A stretch of 61,803 nucleotides of DNA, filler included, from Pirum gemmata (GCA_002812295.1; 14 parts of 14 records of this genome joined end to end with filler, not necessarily neighbours in it), one strand, 5' to 3'. Shown: positions 48,886-61,753, numbered from the whole stretch's first letter. The notes: generated from the letters alone by a model not told the origin. Program-made: numbers and translations.

Positions 48886-51765
48886 ATGTCAAGCTATTAT
48901 TGCACACAAATCAACAACTCAACTTATATGATTGGTGAATCTATGGGTTCTAGTCAATGCTTCTCTACTTATTCCGGTAAAGACAGCATGCATTGTTGTA
49001 TTAAAAATGGCATTAAAAAAAGTCATAAAATCTACTTGGCTCTAGGCAACGATTCGGGTTCCCAAAGCTATATCACTTTACCTGATTTTAACCATTACCG
49101 TGCCTTGTATGATTTTACATCCCCCGAAATGCGTGGTTTTAATGAAATCATCCTTGCACCACGGGGTATGTACTACTATGAAGATTGTGACGCTCAGGGT
49201 AGTGACGTTGAGGGTGCAGCTGAAAAAATTTATACAACTTCACTATCAAATCATGCTACTTATATGGTTGACGTATTGAAACGTGATTATTGGGACTTGG
49301 ACAACGTTAAAGTTTTTTACAGTAACAACCCACAAAAAAAATTGAGTCTCCATTGGATTGACTATAATTTGCATTTTAAAAATTTGGAGGAGCTAATTAC
49401 TTTTGCAAATGAAAAACGTCAATGGTATTATCGGGAGAAAATTACCCCTGTTTTTGACGAAAACGTTTATACCCAGTATCGTCTCTTCAGGTTGCCTGGT
49501 TCCAAGAAACTCGATAAGGACTATGATAATACTCTTCAAATCAGTAATGATGATAATAATGATTGGAAGAGGCTCTTTGTTGGTGATATAAACAAGGTCC
49601 CAGATTTAGACTTGTACAATGCTTGGGCTGCTAACAAACACGTCAAGTATTGCTCGGTCGAAAAAGTTGAAAATAAGATCGATAAAAAAGTAACTAAGAT
49701 CGATAAAAAAGTAACTAAGATCGATAAAAAAGTAAATAAGATCGATAAAAAAGTAATTGAAAATATTAATGTAGAAACCTTCAAAAAAATATTAGAAAAA
49801 TACCTAGAACTATTCCCGGCTGCTGCTGATGGGTATAATGATTGGCTTGCTGTCTTGTTCACAATAGTTAATAATAGCTATTCTTTAAATCAAGATATAA
49901 AACAAGATTTTACCCAATTGGCCTGTTGGTTCAGTAGTCAAACCACTCGTGAATGTTGTTATTATGAGTTGGAGATTGTGGATAAAATGAACGAGTTATA
50001 TTCACGCGTGGATCATCAAAACAAACAAAAAAACTATCCTTCTTTATTATTAGAAATAAAAAATAAAATTAATAATAATGATGAATATATATCTTGGTAT
50101 AAAAGTATATTTAATTACCAAAATATTGTAGATATTGTGTTTAATAGTAGTGATATTGATTTTTTGGAGTTGATTTCTTCAAAAATAGATGTCCAAAAAT
50201 TATTTAAATACAATGAAGTTGTTTATTGTTATAATGATGAAACTGCCTTGTATAGTTGTGAAAAGGTCATAATAAAAAAATATATTATATCTATTTGTAG
50301 AGATGTTATAGACAATGCTTTGAAATGTGCTTGTGTAGATGAAAAAAAAATGGATGATCTATTGGATAAGAAAAAAAGCAGATTTAATTTTTATTTTCAA
50401 AAACAATTACAAGCTCATGTGATTGAAAACGTACAAGAAAAACCTGGTTTCAAAGGTTTTAATTTGTGTCGCAATTTATGGCCGCTAGCCGATAAAAAAG
50501 TTTTTAATCTTGTCACAAAAGAAATATGTGATCGTGGTCCTCAACATAATTTTCTTTTTTGTGCTGAAAACCGATACCTGGGTCCTGATAATTCTAAACT
50601 TGATAATCGTATATATAAACTGTTAAAAACGTGGTTTCAGGACGAAGAAGAGCTGAAATACATATTGGGGCGTGTGATATATACTTTCAGTGGTAATATT
50701 AACAATAAGGACATTGTTGTTTTGTTGGGAAGCAATAATTCCGGTAAAACTAGCTTTATGAATATGCTAAAAAATCTTATGGGTAATTTTTGTGTACACA
50801 TGAAAAACAGTGTGATGTTAGTGCCTGCAACTAAAAAGAGATTTGTGGAAGATCCCGGTAGTGCAACAACTCATCTTAATAAATTAGAAAAAAATCCGCG
50901 TTTGGCTATACTGGAAGAAGTAGATTCCGCTACTCGTTTAGTAGAATCAAACTTGAAAAAACTTACTGGCGATGACAGTTTGGTCAACAGGAAATTGAGA
51001 GTTGAAGAAACAACTATCGATCAAATTACTACTAAATTTTGGGTTCCTGTTAACCAAGTTCCATATTATGATGATAAAAAAATGGAAATTGCTAAGAGAG
51101 TTCGGGTAATACCTTGTTACACAACTTTTTACAATGGCGAGCATGATAAGAAAGAGAGAGTACAAGCAATCGAAAAAAAAATACAAAACACACATAATGA
51201 TACTATGAAAAATTTTTATAAGAAAAATATGCAATATATGTTACCTGCAGATCATAATTTAAGAAACATCTATACTGATCTACGTGATCACTTTTTCACT
51301 TATATCGTTAATCAACCTTATGATAATAATAATAACGAGAAAGTCCCTGAATCTATAACTAATGTGGTGAAAAACATGAAAGAACCTGAATATGTGGATG
51401 AATTTATCGCAGAATTTCTAGAAGAAAACCCTGATGGCAAAAAACCTTTCCCTTTTGATTTGGTTGAATGTGTATACATATGGTTTTGTAAAAAGCACTA
51501 TTACTCTTGTATTAATCGCAGAATACTTAAGGAGAAGTTTTGCGATAGGGGCTTTGAGATAAAAATGACAAGTAAACGTGTTGGTGGTCGACCGAAAAAA
51601 TATATGGCTATATATGGTTGGGGTTTGTCTAACACTGTCTCTGTTTCTGAAGAAACAAAAAGAGAGCTTGATACACTTTGTAAGAAAACCGATTTTAATA
51701 TACTAGACCAAGAGGACATTAATGACCAAGAGGACATTGAACTAATAGTTGAAGATGAAGAATAA
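48886..51765 (+). CDS. D5-like AEP primase - SF3 helicase (virus/mobile-element type), intronless
   Basis: AEP motifs YYEDCD, KLSLH and DENVY..YRLFRLPGSKK. PriCT-2-like YNDWLAV. D5_N-like VFNLVT. Walker A GSNNSGKT, Walker B LAILEE, LKKLTGDD, motif C VPVN, and a C-terminal winged-helix-like region. First ATG is at 48886 (the track start is TTG). Confidence 0.92.
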   Translation: MSSYYCTQINNSTYMIGESMGSSQCFSTYSGKDSMHCCIKNGIKKSHKIYLALGNDSGSQSYITLPDFNHYRALYDFTSPEMRGFNEIILAPRGMYYYEDCDAQGSDVEGAAEKIYTTSLSNHATYMVDVLKRDYWDLDNVKVFYSNNPQKKLSLHWIDYNLHFKNLEELITFANEKRQWYYREKITPVFDENVYTQYRLFRLPGSKKLDKDYDNTLQISNDDNNDWKRLFVGDINKVPDLDLYNAWAANKHVKYCSVEKVENKIDKKVTKIDKKVTKIDKKVNKIDKKVIENINVETFKKILEKYLELFPAAADGYNDWLAVLFTIVNNSYSLNQDIKQDFTQLACWFSSQTTRECCYYELEIVDKMNELYSRVDHQNKQKNYPSLLLEIKNKINNNDEYISWYKSIFNYQNIVDIVFNSSDIDFLELISSKIDVQKLFKYNEVVYCYNDETALYSCEKVIIKKYIISICRDVIDNALKCACVDEKKMDDLLDKKKSRFNFYFQKQLQAHVIENVQEKPGFKGFNLCRNLWPLADKKVFNLVTKEICDRGPQHNFLFCAENRYLGPDNSKLDNRIYKLLKTWFQDEEELKYILGRVIYTFSGNINNKDIVVLLGSNNSGKTSFMNMLKNLMGNFCVHMKNSVMLVPATKKRFVEDPGSATTHLNKLEKNPRLAILEEVDSATRLVESNLKKLTGDDSLVNRKLRVEETTIDQITTKFWVPVNQVPYYDDKKMEIAKRVRVIPCYTTFYNGEHDKKERVQAIEKKIQNTHNDTMKNFYKKNMQYMLPADHNLRNIYTDLRDHFFTYIVNQPYDNNNNEKVPESITNVVKNMKEPEYVDEFIAEFLEENPDGKKPFPFDLVECVYIWFCKKHYYSCINRRILKEKFCDRGFEIKMTSKRVGGRPKKYMAIYGWGLSNTVSVSEETKRELDTLCKKTDFNILDQEDINDQEDIELIVEDEE

Positions 51766-51784
51766 AGTTATTATGTTTTTTTTT

Positions 51785-52038
51785 AGGGATACATTTTTGG
51801 ATACAAGGGATACATTTGGGATACAAAATCAAACCTATATTTTATTTTTAACCTTTGTTTATCTATAAAATATATTTGTATCCCTTGTATCCCTTGTATC
51901 CCTAAAAAAAACCACTATCCAAAATAGTATAGCATATATATTTTATATATTATTTTATAATATATATTTTTTATATTTTCTTTTTTTACATAAGCCTCGA
52001 TACCCGTTTTTTTTAGGGATACAAGGGATACAAGGGAT
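51785..52038. repeat. Iteron-like AGGGATACA array (candidate replication origin)
   Basis: Four forward copies, two of them partial (51785-51825); three inverted (51877-51903); three forward (52015-52038, last truncated). Separated by AT-rich spacers; starts 20 bp after the helicase stop. Confidence 0.8.
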
Positions 52039-52662
52039 NNNNNNNNNNNNNNNNNNNNNNNNNNNNNNNNNNNNNNNNNNNNTTAATTAATTAANNNNNN
52101 NNNNNNNNNNNNNNNNNNNNNNNNNNNNNNNNNNNNNNTTTCTAGACTACTTTTATTATCATATTATCAATAATATTATATGTATTACTGATAATACAAT
52201 CTTTCCAAATAATATATTGTCTTTACATATAAGTATCTCTTTACTAGCTCTTTTGTTTCGAATCGTTGAATGTCATTTATTTATTATAAAATAATTCAAT
52301 AATTATTGTTATAGCCCTAGAGCTATACAGCTGCTATACGTAGCTAGCTCTTTGTGGAGCTAGCTATTAATTACTGTAATTGCCTATTGACTAATCAAAT
52401 TCTAAGTACATGATACACATCCAACTTTCTAGTTATTATAAAACATGAAAAACTACTATATATAGGTTAATTCCTATATATGACATATTATAATATAGCT
52501 CAAACAGTAACCCAATTATACTATCACAATTATAATAATAAAAAACCAACTCTACTAATCACCTACCTCTATTTTTCTAACCTAGTTAACACCAACTCTA
52601 CTAAACTTCTACTAATCACCTAATTTTTATAACTCAACTAATCAATTTTTTTTTTTTTTTTT

Positions 52663-52879
52663 TTAACAGCCAAGTAGGATAAAACTGTAAAAATCAGCAT
52701 TTTTTTTAGACTTCTTTTCTAATACCCAAATTATTTTTAAAAACTAGCCATTGGTTCATAATAGAGTTTTCTTAGTTAGATTATTTAGTAGTATTTTGAG
52801 ATTTTTTGGTTTTTTGATCTCATAATAAACCGATCGGTCTATGGATATTATCACCATTTTTATCCGACTTGGTAGTTAA
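52663..52879. mobile_element. TTAA-flanked MITE (piggyBac-like target site)
   Basis: TTAA-CAGCCAAGTAGGATAAAA ... TTTTATCCGACTTGGTAG-TTAA (18-bp TIR, 3 mismatches). Multicopy in the window. Confidence 0.7.
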
Positions 52880-52931
52880 AAAAAAACAAAACATTTTAAT
52901 TAACACTTTTTTAAATTTTTATTAAAATTAG

Positions 52932-52969
<38 letters not shown>

Positions 52970-53491
52970 CATACATATTAAAAAACTATTAATTAACTTG
53001 ATGTTTATACATCATGTGACTCTCCGAATTTTTAAAAAAAATTAAACCAATTAAATTAATTAAAAATATTGAGCTTTTAAAACAAGCAAACTTTGTTACT
53101 GAATTTTCTTCATGTTAATTAAGTTTAATTAAAAACATCATTATTACCCATTCTATAAACATTTATATTTTGAAAACTCTTTATGAATCACCTAGTATTA
53201 ACTAATGGCCAGTTTTTAAAGATAATGTATATAATTATACAATTGTGCAACATTAATATATAAATTATCATCATCTATAACTATCATTTAATTAATATAT
53301 AAAGTATAATATAAAACTATATTGCTATGTACATATTATTGTTAATATTGTATTGATATCATGATATCTATATATAAGGTTTTTACATTATTATTATGAA
53401 AATACTATTTTAAAATACATTATAATAATTACATTTTTTTATAATATAGCATTATTACTAGTAATAGTATGATACTTTAACGATAACAACA

Positions 53492-53897
53492 TATAAAATT
53501 ATATAAAAGTTAGATTGTAACCGAAAATTGGATTGCCGAGTTTAATATTTTTCCACTTCATTTAGACGGCTTCGACAATTATTATGTATACGTAGCCATA
53601 ATATATAATAAATAATATTAATATTATACCACATAGTGATGCACTGTAATATATAGATGTACTATAATTATATAATTATATTAATATTTTACATGACTTG
53701 TATATAATATATGTGTTAATAATTAAAATTATATAAAAGTTAGATTGTAATCGAAAATTGGATTGCCCAGTTTAATATTTTTCCACTTCACTGATTTAGA
53801 CAGGTTCGACAAATATTATGTATACGTAGCCATAATATAATATTATAATATATAATATTAATATTATACAAAATAGTGATGTACTGTAATATATAGA
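53492..53897. repeat. ~230-bp tandem duplication
   Basis: AAAGTTAGATTGTAA.CGAAAATTGGATTGCC.AGTTTAATATTTTTCCACTTCA occurs at ~53506 and ~53736. Confidence 0.9.
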
Positions 53898-54110
53898 ATC
53901 TGATGTATTATTAATATAATTATATATAATTATATATATTATGTGTTATTATAATATTATAATATTAATATTTTAATTGCATAATTATAATAACAATCAA
54001 TCAAAACCACTAAAACCTAAAACAGATTAAAATATATCAAATTTTAACAATATATGATATAATTATTTATATAAAAATATATAAAAAATTATTGCAAACT
54101 TTTATATAAT

Positions 54111-54498
54111 TAATACTAATTACCATGTTTCGGGAATCACAAAGGTACCCCAAGTCTCATCTATAGAAAAGATGTGGGCCAAATTTCTCAAGAATTAAAA
54201 GAGCTATGTGGATAATGTGACCAATGAAATTTGGACTGGGTTTTTTTCTGACAGAGACAAGAACTGTCACGGAGACACGGACACCTATTTTTATTTCTAC
54301 AAATTGCAATTATTTTATACGTTTTTGTAACTTTTGCATTTTTATTTTGTTTATAAATAATTATAATATTATTATTATTTACAACACTTTTTTAAAAATT
54401 TTATTTGGTATATTTAATTGGCTCAACAATACCTTTCTAAAGACACCAGGAACAATATATTTATTGGATTAGTGACTGAAACATGGTAATTAGTATTA
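54111..54498. mobile_element. MITE with perfect 21-bp inverted ends (TA-flanked, Tc1/mariner-pogo-like)
   Basis: TAATACTAATTACCATGTTTC at 54111-54131 and GAAACATGGTAATTAGTATTA at 54478-54498. Confidence 0.78.
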
Positions 54499-54693
54499 GG
54501 TTGAGATTCTTGAGAAACTTGAGGAACTATCATTATTACTCTATCATTCTAGCTATGAGCCCTCCATCCCCATCCTCAATCAATGCTTTGAATGATTGAA
54601 TCCCCGTTGATCGTGAATATACGGTAAACTAGACCGTCTACTGTTTACAAAAATTATTTTTTATTCTATAATATAAATTTATACACAAGCTAA

Positions 54694-54850
54694 CGAATCA
54701 TCGAACACCATGATACTTCTGTTACGTTCTGTAAGGCTGTTAGACTGTGTGACTGGCTAGTAATAGTTTCTAGTAACTACTGTGCGCAGCGAATCATCGA
54801 ACACCATGGTACTTCTGTTACGTTCCGTAAGGCTGTTAGACTGTGAGACA
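54694..54850. repeat. 96-bp-period duplication of a ~60-bp unit
   Basis: CGAATCATCGAACACCATG.TACTTCTGTTACGTTC.GTAAGGCTGTTAGACTGTG occurs at 54694 and 54790. Confidence 0.9.
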
Positions 54851-55625
54851 GCTACTATTTTAACTACTGTACTGGTGGCAAGTTCTGTACTATTGGAATT
54901 TGGAATAGTATTTTATATTTGGCTTTATAATTAGAAATATAAATTTTGTCCAATTACATGCATAGAAAAAATCAACTTTTTTCGATTGTACTGTTCGATT
55001 GCTTTTTTTGTATAATAAAATTTAAAATTTTAAAAGGACCAAAAAGGTTGGGAGTGTTGATTCTATACATCTACATCTGTACATATCAATATATTATAGT
55101 AAAGAATTTCTGTGCATTAATTATATTACAAATTGATTTTACACGTTAATTAAAAGTAAACTAAGTTATTATCCTATTTAGTTTTCGTATCTAATACACT
55201 AAAGTGATTATGTATTATTATTATTTTGTACAAAAAACTAACTGTTTACAAATTAACACGTCGTTGAAAAGTTTATTCTGCAATCATATGTATACATAGC
55301 TTTTCTACAGAAAACCGTTCTTGTTAGTAATTAATAACTTTAATTAAACAAACCATCAATAGACTAGTATCAATAACAATAATGTTTATTATATAAACTA
55401 TGTAGTTTTTATTTATTTTTCAATAAAAACAGTTACAATAAAACTCATTTCTCTTTCATTATCACTTTACTGTAGATATGATAATTGTTATTTCTATATC
55501 ACAACTACACAAAAACAAAGCAAGAATGTGACTAAATTTTATACATATTTTGTATTATATTTTATTATTATTTATTTATTTACTTGTTTATTCCAAAATT
55601 CTCGTTGATAAATCTGAACGTAATT

Positions 55626-55724
55626 TTAAAGTGATATTGTCTGGGATCCTATCCATGATTCACCAGCCCGGAGCTCAATTTTTTTACTAACAGCACCCGC
55701 TTCGACACAGATCATGTTTGTGTA
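55626..55724 (-). CDS. Last exon of aldose 1-epimerase / glucose-6-phosphate 1-epimerase family gene
   Basis: After acceptor CAG: YTNMICVEAGAVSKKIELRAGESWIGSQTISL*, matching the family C-terminal MxCVEA...I.L.xGE.W.G.Q motif. Confidence 0.8.
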   Translation of the reverse strand, partial: YTNMICVEAGAVSKKIELRAGESWIGSQTISL

Positions 55725-57007
55725 CTGTGTGTATTACAAAAAAAATAGGATAAGTGTTTAGGGTTAAGTTTAAGATTAGGGTTAGGTTTAGGGTTTAGGG
55801 TTTAGGGTTAGGGTTAGGGTTAGGGTTAGGGTTGGGTTAAGATTAGGGTTCGGGTTAGGGTTAGGGTTAGGGTCAAGGGTTAGGGTCAAGGGTTAGGGTT
55901 AGGGTTAGAGTTAAGGGTTAGAGTTAGAGTTAGGGTTAGGGTTAGGGTTAGGGTTAGGGTTAGGGTTAGGGTTAGGGTTAGGGTTAGAGTTAGAGTTAGA
56001 GTTAGAGTTAGAGTTGAGATAGAGCTAGAGTAAGATTTANTAACCCTAACCCTAACCCTAACCCTAACCCTAACCCTAACCCTAACCCTAACCCTAGCTC
56101 TAACCCTAGCCCTAACCCTAACCCTATTAGACCCTAACCCTAACCCTAACTAATAGGTCCGCGGTTAGTAGTGTTTTACCCTCTCTAAGACCTAGTTTAA
56201 TTAACATCGGATGGTGAGAGTATAGTGCTACTTTTCATATGTTTTGCTATAAATTTTCACAATGAAAAATACCAAAATAATAAATATATAAATCTATTTG
56301 ATGCTATTTAAATATTTTAGTATGTTTTATTATTTATTTTTTTCAGTTAAAACAATCACATTTATTATGTTTTTAAAGTGCCAAGTAAATAAGTAATTTT
56401 GTGCGGTTTAAAAATTGGAATAAACAATTAACTTTACAATTAGCGTTTATTTTATAAACCAGTTCAATTATACACTAAAACAGTACCAAACTAAATATTG
56501 ATATAATGTAAATCTATTTGATGCAATTTAAATAATTTTAGAAACAAGTACAATTGTACACTTAAACACTACCGTATTAAAGATGGAAACGACAATGGTA
56601 ATAAAGTAGACGATAATATAATATTGTAAATGTATTTGATTTGGTATGTTTTATTATTTATTTTTTTCTGTGAAAACAATCACATTTACATGTTTTTAAA
56701 GTGCTAAATAAATAATCAGAGTGAACCAAAAAAAATAAAATAAAAAAAACTATATGATAACATAATAAATAATATAAGTTTTACTATTCTATTGTTATTA
56801 CCATTACTATCAATATTACCAATACTAATACTAATACTAATAGTAATTCTTTCCTATTACTATTACTATTAATGTTATAACTATTACTATTACTATTAAT
56901 ATTACTATTAGAATTACAATTACAATTACTATTACTATTACTATTACTATTNNNNNNNNNNNNNNNNNNNNNNNNNNNNNNNNNNNNNNNNNNNNNNNNN
57001 NNNNNAT

Positions 57008-57016
57008 AACAATGAC

Positions 57017-57075
<59 letters not shown>

Positions 57076-57131
57076 TAATAATGATAATGATAATAATGAT
57101 GATAGTTTTAGTAACAACAATATTGATAATG

Positions 57132-57164
<33 letters not shown>

Positions 57165-57868
57165 TTGATGATCCTAACAGTAATACTACAAATGATAATG
57201 ATAATGATAATGATAATGATAATGATAATGGTAATGGTAATGGTAATAACTACAGCATTGAGACTACTGAATCTGGTACAACTGAAAGCACAGAAACTAC
57301 TAATCCTACCACAACTTCTTCTTCTACTACTACTACGACTACCAATACCACCACCTCTTCCTCCCTTACCGAAACAGCAACAACAACGTCGTCGTCTACC
57401 GCTACTAATGACAATCCCACTACTGAGAACACCAGCAACAGTAATAACAATAACAGTACTAACGATACCCACAATACCAATCATAGTAATAACAGACATA
57501 TTGAAAGAGCACGTGAAAGAGCACGTGAGCGAGCACGTGAAACAGCACGTGAAACAGCACGTGAGAGTCGTCGTCGTCGTCGTCCTGGTAACCATCAATC
57601 TACTTTTTGGCGTAGTAATGACAGTGACTTTAGTGGTGGTGGTGGTAGTAGTACGTCACTCAATACCCAGCTAGATCGATTTACTCGTACTCAAAGAATA
57701 ATTGATAGAATTAATACATTAATGGGTATGACTCGGGAAGCTCGAAATCAAATTAGCGAGCTTGATCACCAGATTACAGCTAGACAGACCATTCTTGATG
57801 CGGTTGCTGCTTCTACGGCTTCGTCGGGAACCCAGACAAGACCACTAGAAGATAATTTGTTAAGGTAG
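57008..57868 (+). CDS. Exon of an Asn/Asp/Thr/Ser low-complexity protein with a helical segment (frame not in ORF track)
   Basis: Stop-free frame from 57008: poly-N/D, T/S-rich, (RARE)n, then LDRFTRTQRIIDRINTLMGMTREARNQISELDHQITARQ. Ends at AG|GTAG (splice donor or stop). Confidence 0.6.
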
Positions 57869-58334
57869 TCTTGATTATTATTATTATTATTGTTATTATN
57901 NNNNNNNNNNNNNNNNNNNNNNNNNNNNNNNNNNNNNNNNNNNTTAATTAATTAANNNNNNNNNNNNNNNNNNNNNNNNNNNNNNNNNNNNNNNNNNNNA
58001 TTTTTCTAAGTTTTTTATTGCGATTATTATTATTATTATTAGTATTACTATTATTATTATTTTGATTTATGATTTGTTATTATTACTATTATTATTATTA
58101 TTATCATTTATGATTTGTTATTATTATTATTATTACTTATTGATTATTAATTATTATCTAATATTATTGTTATTATTATTGATATTTGGTTATTGATTAT
58201 TTTCTTTATTCTTTATTATTACTATTATTATTATTATTATTATTATTGTTAGGAAGTGAAATATTTTTTCAATCTCTTGCCGAAAATATATTCCGTGGAT
58301 TAAGACTTGTGAGTAAATGACTTTAAAAAAATAA

Positions 58335-59295
58335 GCAAAAAATAAGCAAAAAAATAAGCAAAAAATAAGCAAAAAATAAACACCATACCATTACGCCAGT
58401 TTAAAAAAGCCAAAAGCCAAAAGCCAAAGCCAAAAGCCAAAGCCAAAGCGAAGGCCAAAGCCAAAGCCAAAAACAAAACCCAAACCCAAAATCAAAATCA
58501 AAATCAAAATCAAAATCAAAAGCAACGGTAAAAGTCAAGTAAATGTAAAAGTAAAAGTAAAAACAAAAACAAAAGTTTTTTTAAAAAAACCGAAAACAAT
58601 GCAAAAGCCAAAGCCAAAGCCAAAGCCAAAGCCAAAGCCAAACAGAAAACCCAAATAAAAACCCAAATCAAAACCCAAATCAAAAGCAACGGTAAAAGTA
58701 AAAGTAAAAGTAAAAGTAAATACAAAAGCAAAAGTTTTTTTTTAAAAAAAAACCGAAAACAAAGCAAAAGCATAAGCAAAAGCAAAAGCAAAAGCAAAAA
58801 TAAAAGTAAAAGCAAAAGCAAAAACAAAAGCAAAAGCAAAAGCAAAAGCAAAAGCAAAAGCAACAGTAAAAGTAAAAGTAAAAGTAAAAACAAAAGCAAA
58901 CTGCACATCAAAATTAAAATCAAAATTAAAATCAAAAGCAACAGTAAAAGTAAAAGTAAAAAACAATGTAAAAGTAAAAGTAAAACCAAAAGCAAATCAA
59001 AAGCAAACTGCACATCAAAATTAAAATCAAAATTAAAATCAAAAGCAACAGTAGAAGTAAAAGTAAAAAACAAAGTAAAATTAAAAGTAAACCCAAAAGT
59101 GTTTAAAAAAAAACAGGAAACAAAGCAAAAACAAAGCAAAAACAAAAGCAGAAATAAAAGCAAAAACAAAAACAAAAGCAAAAGGAAAAACCCAAGTAAA
59201 ATAAAAAGCGAAAACCAAATGAAAATCAAAATCAAAAGGAACAGTAAAAGTAAAAATAAAAGCAAAAGCAAAAAACAAAAGCAGTTTTAAAAAGC

Positions 59296-59338
<43 letters not shown>

Positions 59339-59340
59339 AA
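58335..59340. repeat. A-rich hexamer mosaic (AAAGCC, AAAGCA, AAAAGT, AAAATC)
   Basis: Interleaved hexamer runs with internal block duplications. Confidence 0.9.
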
Positions 59341-59344
59341 ATTT

Positions 59345-61450
59345 AAACTTAATAAAAACATTGAAATCATATAATACTACTTCTTGCATATTTCACATCT
59401 AGAAATATATAATTGGTTTTAACATACAAAATACAATACATAATTCAACTTAAAATTAAAATAATGTAATAGATTTTAAAAATAAACAATTTTAAATTTA
59501 TGATAATTATATAATAGGTTTCTTTGTTTTTATTTGTTTTTATTTGTTTTTTATTATATATATATTAAAAGCCCACTTGCCTAAAACACAATACTACACA
59601 ATACTACTTACAATTTATAAATATAAAATTGGTTTTAACATAAAATACAGTACATAATTCAATTTAAAATTAAAATAATATAATATAATAAATTTTAAAT
59701 TATAAAAATAAACAATATTAAATTTATAATAATTGTATAATAAGTTTCTTTATTTTTATTTTTTATATGTTTTAAAAACCCACTTACTCAAAACACAATG
59801 TTAATACTACTTAAAATTTATAAATATATAATACATAATTCAACTTAAAATTAAAATAATATAATACAATAGATTTCAGATTTTAAATCATAAAAATAAA
59901 TAATATAAAATTTATGATAATTACATAATAGGTTTCTTTGTTTTTATTTATTATATTTAAATATATATATATATTAAAAGCCCACTTACTAAAAACACAA
60001 TACTACTTTCAATTTATAAATATAAAACTGGTTTTGACATACAAAATACAATACATAATTCAACTTAAAAAGTTAAAATAATATAATATAGTAGATTTTA
60101 AATTATAAAAATAAACAATATTAAATTTATGATAATTATATAATAGGTTTCTTTGTTTTTATTATTTTTTATTTTTTATTTTATATACATATGTTTTAAC
60201 CGCTTCCTCAAAACGCAATACTACTAAAAATTTATGAATATATCTTACATAATTCAATTTAAAATTTAAATAACATAATATAATAAATTTTAAATTATAA
60301 AAATAAATATTAAATTTATGATAATTATATATTAGGTTTCTTTGTTCTTATTATTTTTTATTTTTTTTTGTCTAGTATACATATATATTTATTAAAAGCC
60401 CACTTACGCAAAACATAATACTACTTACAATTTATAAATATACAATTGGCGTTAAAATACAAAATACAATACATAATTAAACTTAACATTAAAATAATAT
60501 GATATAATAAAATAGATTTTAAATTTATGATAATTATATAATAGGTTTCTTTGTTTTTATTCTCTCAAAACACAATATTAATAGTACTGAACATTTATTA
60601 ATATATAATACATATATATATATAATTCAACTTAAAATTTAAATAATATAATGTAATAGATTTTAAATTCTAAAAATATTAATAAACATTAAATTTATTA
60701 TAATTATATAATGAGTTTCTGTTTTTATTTGTTTTTATTTTTCTTAATTACATATATATATTAAAAGCCCGCTTACTCAAAACACAATACTTCTTACGAT
60801 TCATAAATATACAATTACGTTTAACATACAAAATATAATACATATTAAACAATATTAAATTCATGATAAATTAAATAGTAAGTTTCTTTTGTTTTTATTT
60901 TATTTATATATATATATAAATATATATATATTAAAAGCCCACTTACTCAAAACACAATATTACTTAAATATAATAGGTTCTAACATACAAAATACAATAC
61001 ATAATACATATAATTTAATAGAAACATTATTCATATTAAATTTATGATAACTATATAACAGGTTTCTTTGTTTTTATTTTATTTATTATTATTGATTTTA
61101 CATTTTAAAAGCCCACTTATAATAGGTTTTAAAATATAAAAATTAATACACAATGTCATGTTAAAAATTAAAATTTTTAAAACAGGTTTTAAAACAATAA
61201 AAATCAAAACAACATACTACTTGAAAAATTAGAATAACTTAAGTTTTAAAATTGTGTCTAATTAGAATAATTAAATACATGTTTTTTTATAATTACATAT
61301 ATATATTTAAAAATTAAGAGTTAAATAATTGGTTGTACTATTTATTTTTATTTTTATTTTTATTTACATTTCAAAAGCACACACATGATAGGTTTTAAAA
61401 TATTAAAAATCAATACATCATGCTACTTTAAAACTTAGTTTAAAAAATAA
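59345..61450. repeat. Degenerate AT-rich tandem repeat, ~200-bp unit
   Basis: AAATTTATGATAATTATATAATAGGTTTCTTTGTTTTTAT and AAAAGCCCACTTAC..AAAACACAATAC recur about 8-9 times. Confidence 0.88.
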
Positions 61451-61719
61451 AAATCAATACATTCCATTCGTAGTACCATTTTAAAAATCAAAATAATTAA
61501 AAAATATGTTTTGAATTATGTTTTTTTTATTTATTTATTTATTACTATTATTATTTTGTATTTTGAAAGCCCTTTACATGCATATTATTTAGTTATTATT
61601 ATTGTTATTCTGGAAGATACCAATTTCAAATAAAAAAATCCAAGATATTGGGGAAGCCTTTTTTATTACAACAAATACTTTTGATTAACCTCTTTTCTTT
61701 TCTCTACTTCAGTCTGTTG

Positions 61720-61753
<34 letters not shown>

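Noticed and set aside
39603..52038. Single contiguous endogenous virus spanning the zinc-finger, LRR and D5 genes
   Set aside because: They are separated by artificial linkers and a host lipase scaffold. No capsid, polB or packaging ATPase is seen.
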